A DNA stretch of 36,559 nucleotides from a virus, in the IMG/VR virus record IMGVR_UViG_3300045988_045243, positions 1 through 36,559 of that record. The stretch is one strand, 5' to 3'. Each line of letters begins with the position of its first letter. Position 1 is the first letter of the stretch. Positions 35,310-36,559 of the stretch are shown here, one piece after another. Below the pieces are notes generated by a model, which was not told where the DNA came from, searched no databases, and saw only the letters and a list, made by a program, of their open reading frames with translations. The position numbers and the translations under genes were made by a program.

Positions 35310-36065
35310 ATGAACGAATTAATCAAAATCAACTATGAAACAGAACAGCCGACAGTATCGGCAAGAGATTTACATGAAAAATTGAATATTGGAACCAAGT
35401 TTACTACATGGTTTGAAAGAATGAAAGAATACGGATTTACAGAAGGAAATGAGTTTTTCCCAGAATTGGGAGAAACCTCGGAACAAGGCGGAAGACCGGC
35501 AACAGATTTCCAAATTTCCATTGACATGGCAAAACAGATTTGCATGATTCAGAGGACACCAGAAGGGAAAAAGATTCGCCAGTATTTCATTGACCTAGAG
35601 AAAGCATGGAACACACCGGAACAAATTTTTGCAAGAGCATTGAAGATGGCAGACGAAGAGTTGCGGCGGGTGAAGGCTGATAATCAGTATTTGATTGCCG
35701 ACAACGAACGTATGAAGCCGAAAGAAATTTTTGCAGATGCTGTAGCAAGCAGTAAAACATCTATTTTGGTTGGTGATTTAGCTAAGTTACTGAAGCAGAA
35801 CGGAGTAGAGACAGGGCAGAAAAGATTGTTTCAGTGGTTACGGGATAATGGCTATTTGATTAAAAGGTCAGGAGCCGATTATAACAGCCCTACACAGCGC
35901 GCAATGGAAATGAAGTTGTTTGAGATTAAGGAAACGACAATTAGTAACCCAGATGGAAGCACCAGAACCACTAAGACGACTAAGGTTACAGGAAAGGGAC
36001 AGCAGTATTTCATTAATAAGTTTTTGGGCGGGGATCGGCTTAGCACGGAAGAGGAGGTGGGGTAG
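35310..36065 (+). CDS. Antirepressor (AntA/AntB N-terminal domain plus KilAC C-terminal domain)
   Basis: N-terminal PTVSARDLHEKLNIGTKFTTWFERM..YGF.EG.EF and C-terminal ILVGDLAKLLKQNGVETGQKRLFQWLRDNGYLIKR. Confidence 0.8.
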   Translation: MNELIKINYETEQPTVSARDLHEKLNIGTKFTTWFERMKEYGFTEGNEFFPELGETSEQGGRPATDFQISIDMAKQICMIQRTPEGKKIRQYFIDLEKAWNTPEQIFARALKMADEELRRVKADNQYLIADNERMKPKEIFADAVASSKTSILVGDLAKLLKQNGVETGQKRLFQWLRDNGYLIKRSGADYNSPTQRAMEMKLFEIKETTISNPDGSTRTTKTTKVTGKGQQYFINKFLGGDRLSTEEEVG

Positions 36066-36191
36066 ATGAAAAGAGAGGATGATTGGATCAAGGAAACAGA
36101 TAAAAAAATAATCCACTACATATGGACTATTTTCCTCAGCATGATGATTTCCATTATAACAACTTTGTCAGTAGTAGCGTTACTAGGGTAG
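36066..36191 (+). CDS. Small membrane protein (41 aa), absent from the ORF track
   Basis: ATG directly follows the upstream TAG and comes after GAGGAGGTGGGG. Hand translation: MKREDDWIKETDKKIIHYIWTIFLSMMISIITTLSVVALLG. Confidence 0.4.
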   Translation: MKREDDWIKETDKKIIHYIWTIFLSMMISIITTLSVVALLG

Positions 36192-36483
36192 TAAAAAAAG
36201 AAACAAGAATAGGTGTAAGTATACTCCGAAACAGAAAAGATTTGATAGAAACCCACGTAAAGTACTTTCTGTGCAAGCATTTATGTGAAAGTTTAATTCC
36301 TATCACTCTTTCATTTCGGACAATTTCATCCAAATAACCGTTATCTGTAAGATATTTGATGGCAGCTGATACGAGAGGATAGGGAGCAATGTCCGAAAAA
36401 GGTTCTTTATCAACGTAAAACATACAAGTGTAATTTGGTGAAGATTCCAAGGCTTTAATAATTTTTTTTGATAGCTGATCCAT
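36154..36483 (-). CDS. Hypothetical protein (wHTH-like N-terminus, hydrophobic C-terminus), spanning the circular junction
   Basis: ATG at 36483 follows AAAGGAGAAAAAT. It is transcribed divergently from gene 117..488 across the junction. Confidence 0.6.
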   Translation of the reverse strand: MDQLSKKIIKALESSPNYTCMFYVDKEPFSDIAPYPLVSAAIKYLTDNGYLDEIVRNERVIGIKLSHKCLHRKYFTWVSIKSFLFRSILTPILVSFFTTLVTLLLTKLL

Positions 36484-36559
36484 ATTTTTCTCCTTTTAGT
36501 TATTTCGATTTTCGCTCGGTAATTAAAGTATAGGAGACAGTAAAAAAATATGCAAGTAA
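36461..36559. repeat. Second copy of the 99-bp terminal repeat
   Basis: Identical to 1..99. Confidence 0.95.

Noticed and set aside
1-36559. CRISPR arrays, tRNA/tmRNA genes, reverse transcriptase/DGR, transposase/IS elements
   Set aside because: I found no regularly spaced direct repeats, no cloverleaf-compatible GTTCRA-type segments in the intergenic regions, no YxDD-containing ORF and no transposase-like ORF.

Overview
The window is a complete temperate siphovirus-type genome from a low-GC Gram-positive (Clostridia-like) host. Bases 1..99 are identical to 36461..36559, so it closes into a circle with a unique length of about 36,460 bp.

Gene order:
- Early, recombination and replication genes (117..7039): Gp157-like protein, Sak4-like AAA ATPase, DUF669-like protein, ERCC4 nuclease, CHC2 zinc-finger primase protein, superfamily-3 (SF3) helicase, and an iteron-rich candidate origin.
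- An extra tyrosine recombinase (7176..8237).
- A low-GC block of small accessory genes, including Lar-like, YopX-like and DUF551-like proteins.
- A sigma-like late activator, followed by a terminator-insulated AT-rich moron.
- The Sfi11/A118-style pac-type structural module: TerS, TerL, portal, MuF, scaffold, capsid, connectors, major tail protein, chaperones, tape measure, Dit and Tal.
- The lysis cassette: XhlA, holin, and an amidase with a SPOR domain.
- The minus-strand lysogeny module: large serine integrase, small hydrophobic toxin, membrane-anchored HNH protein, ImmA and an XRE repressor. It faces Cro-like and antirepressor genes.

Most notable observation: a 632-bp segment (28146..28777) is bounded by perfect 16-bp inverted repeats that lie in frame in the same Leu-Leu-Asn-Gly codons. 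It carries two alternative C-terminal domains for the distal tail protein, one on each strand. This looks like an invertible host-range switch, and the unexplained tyrosine recombinase is the candidate invertase.

All family names come from reading motifs by eye. No database searches were run.
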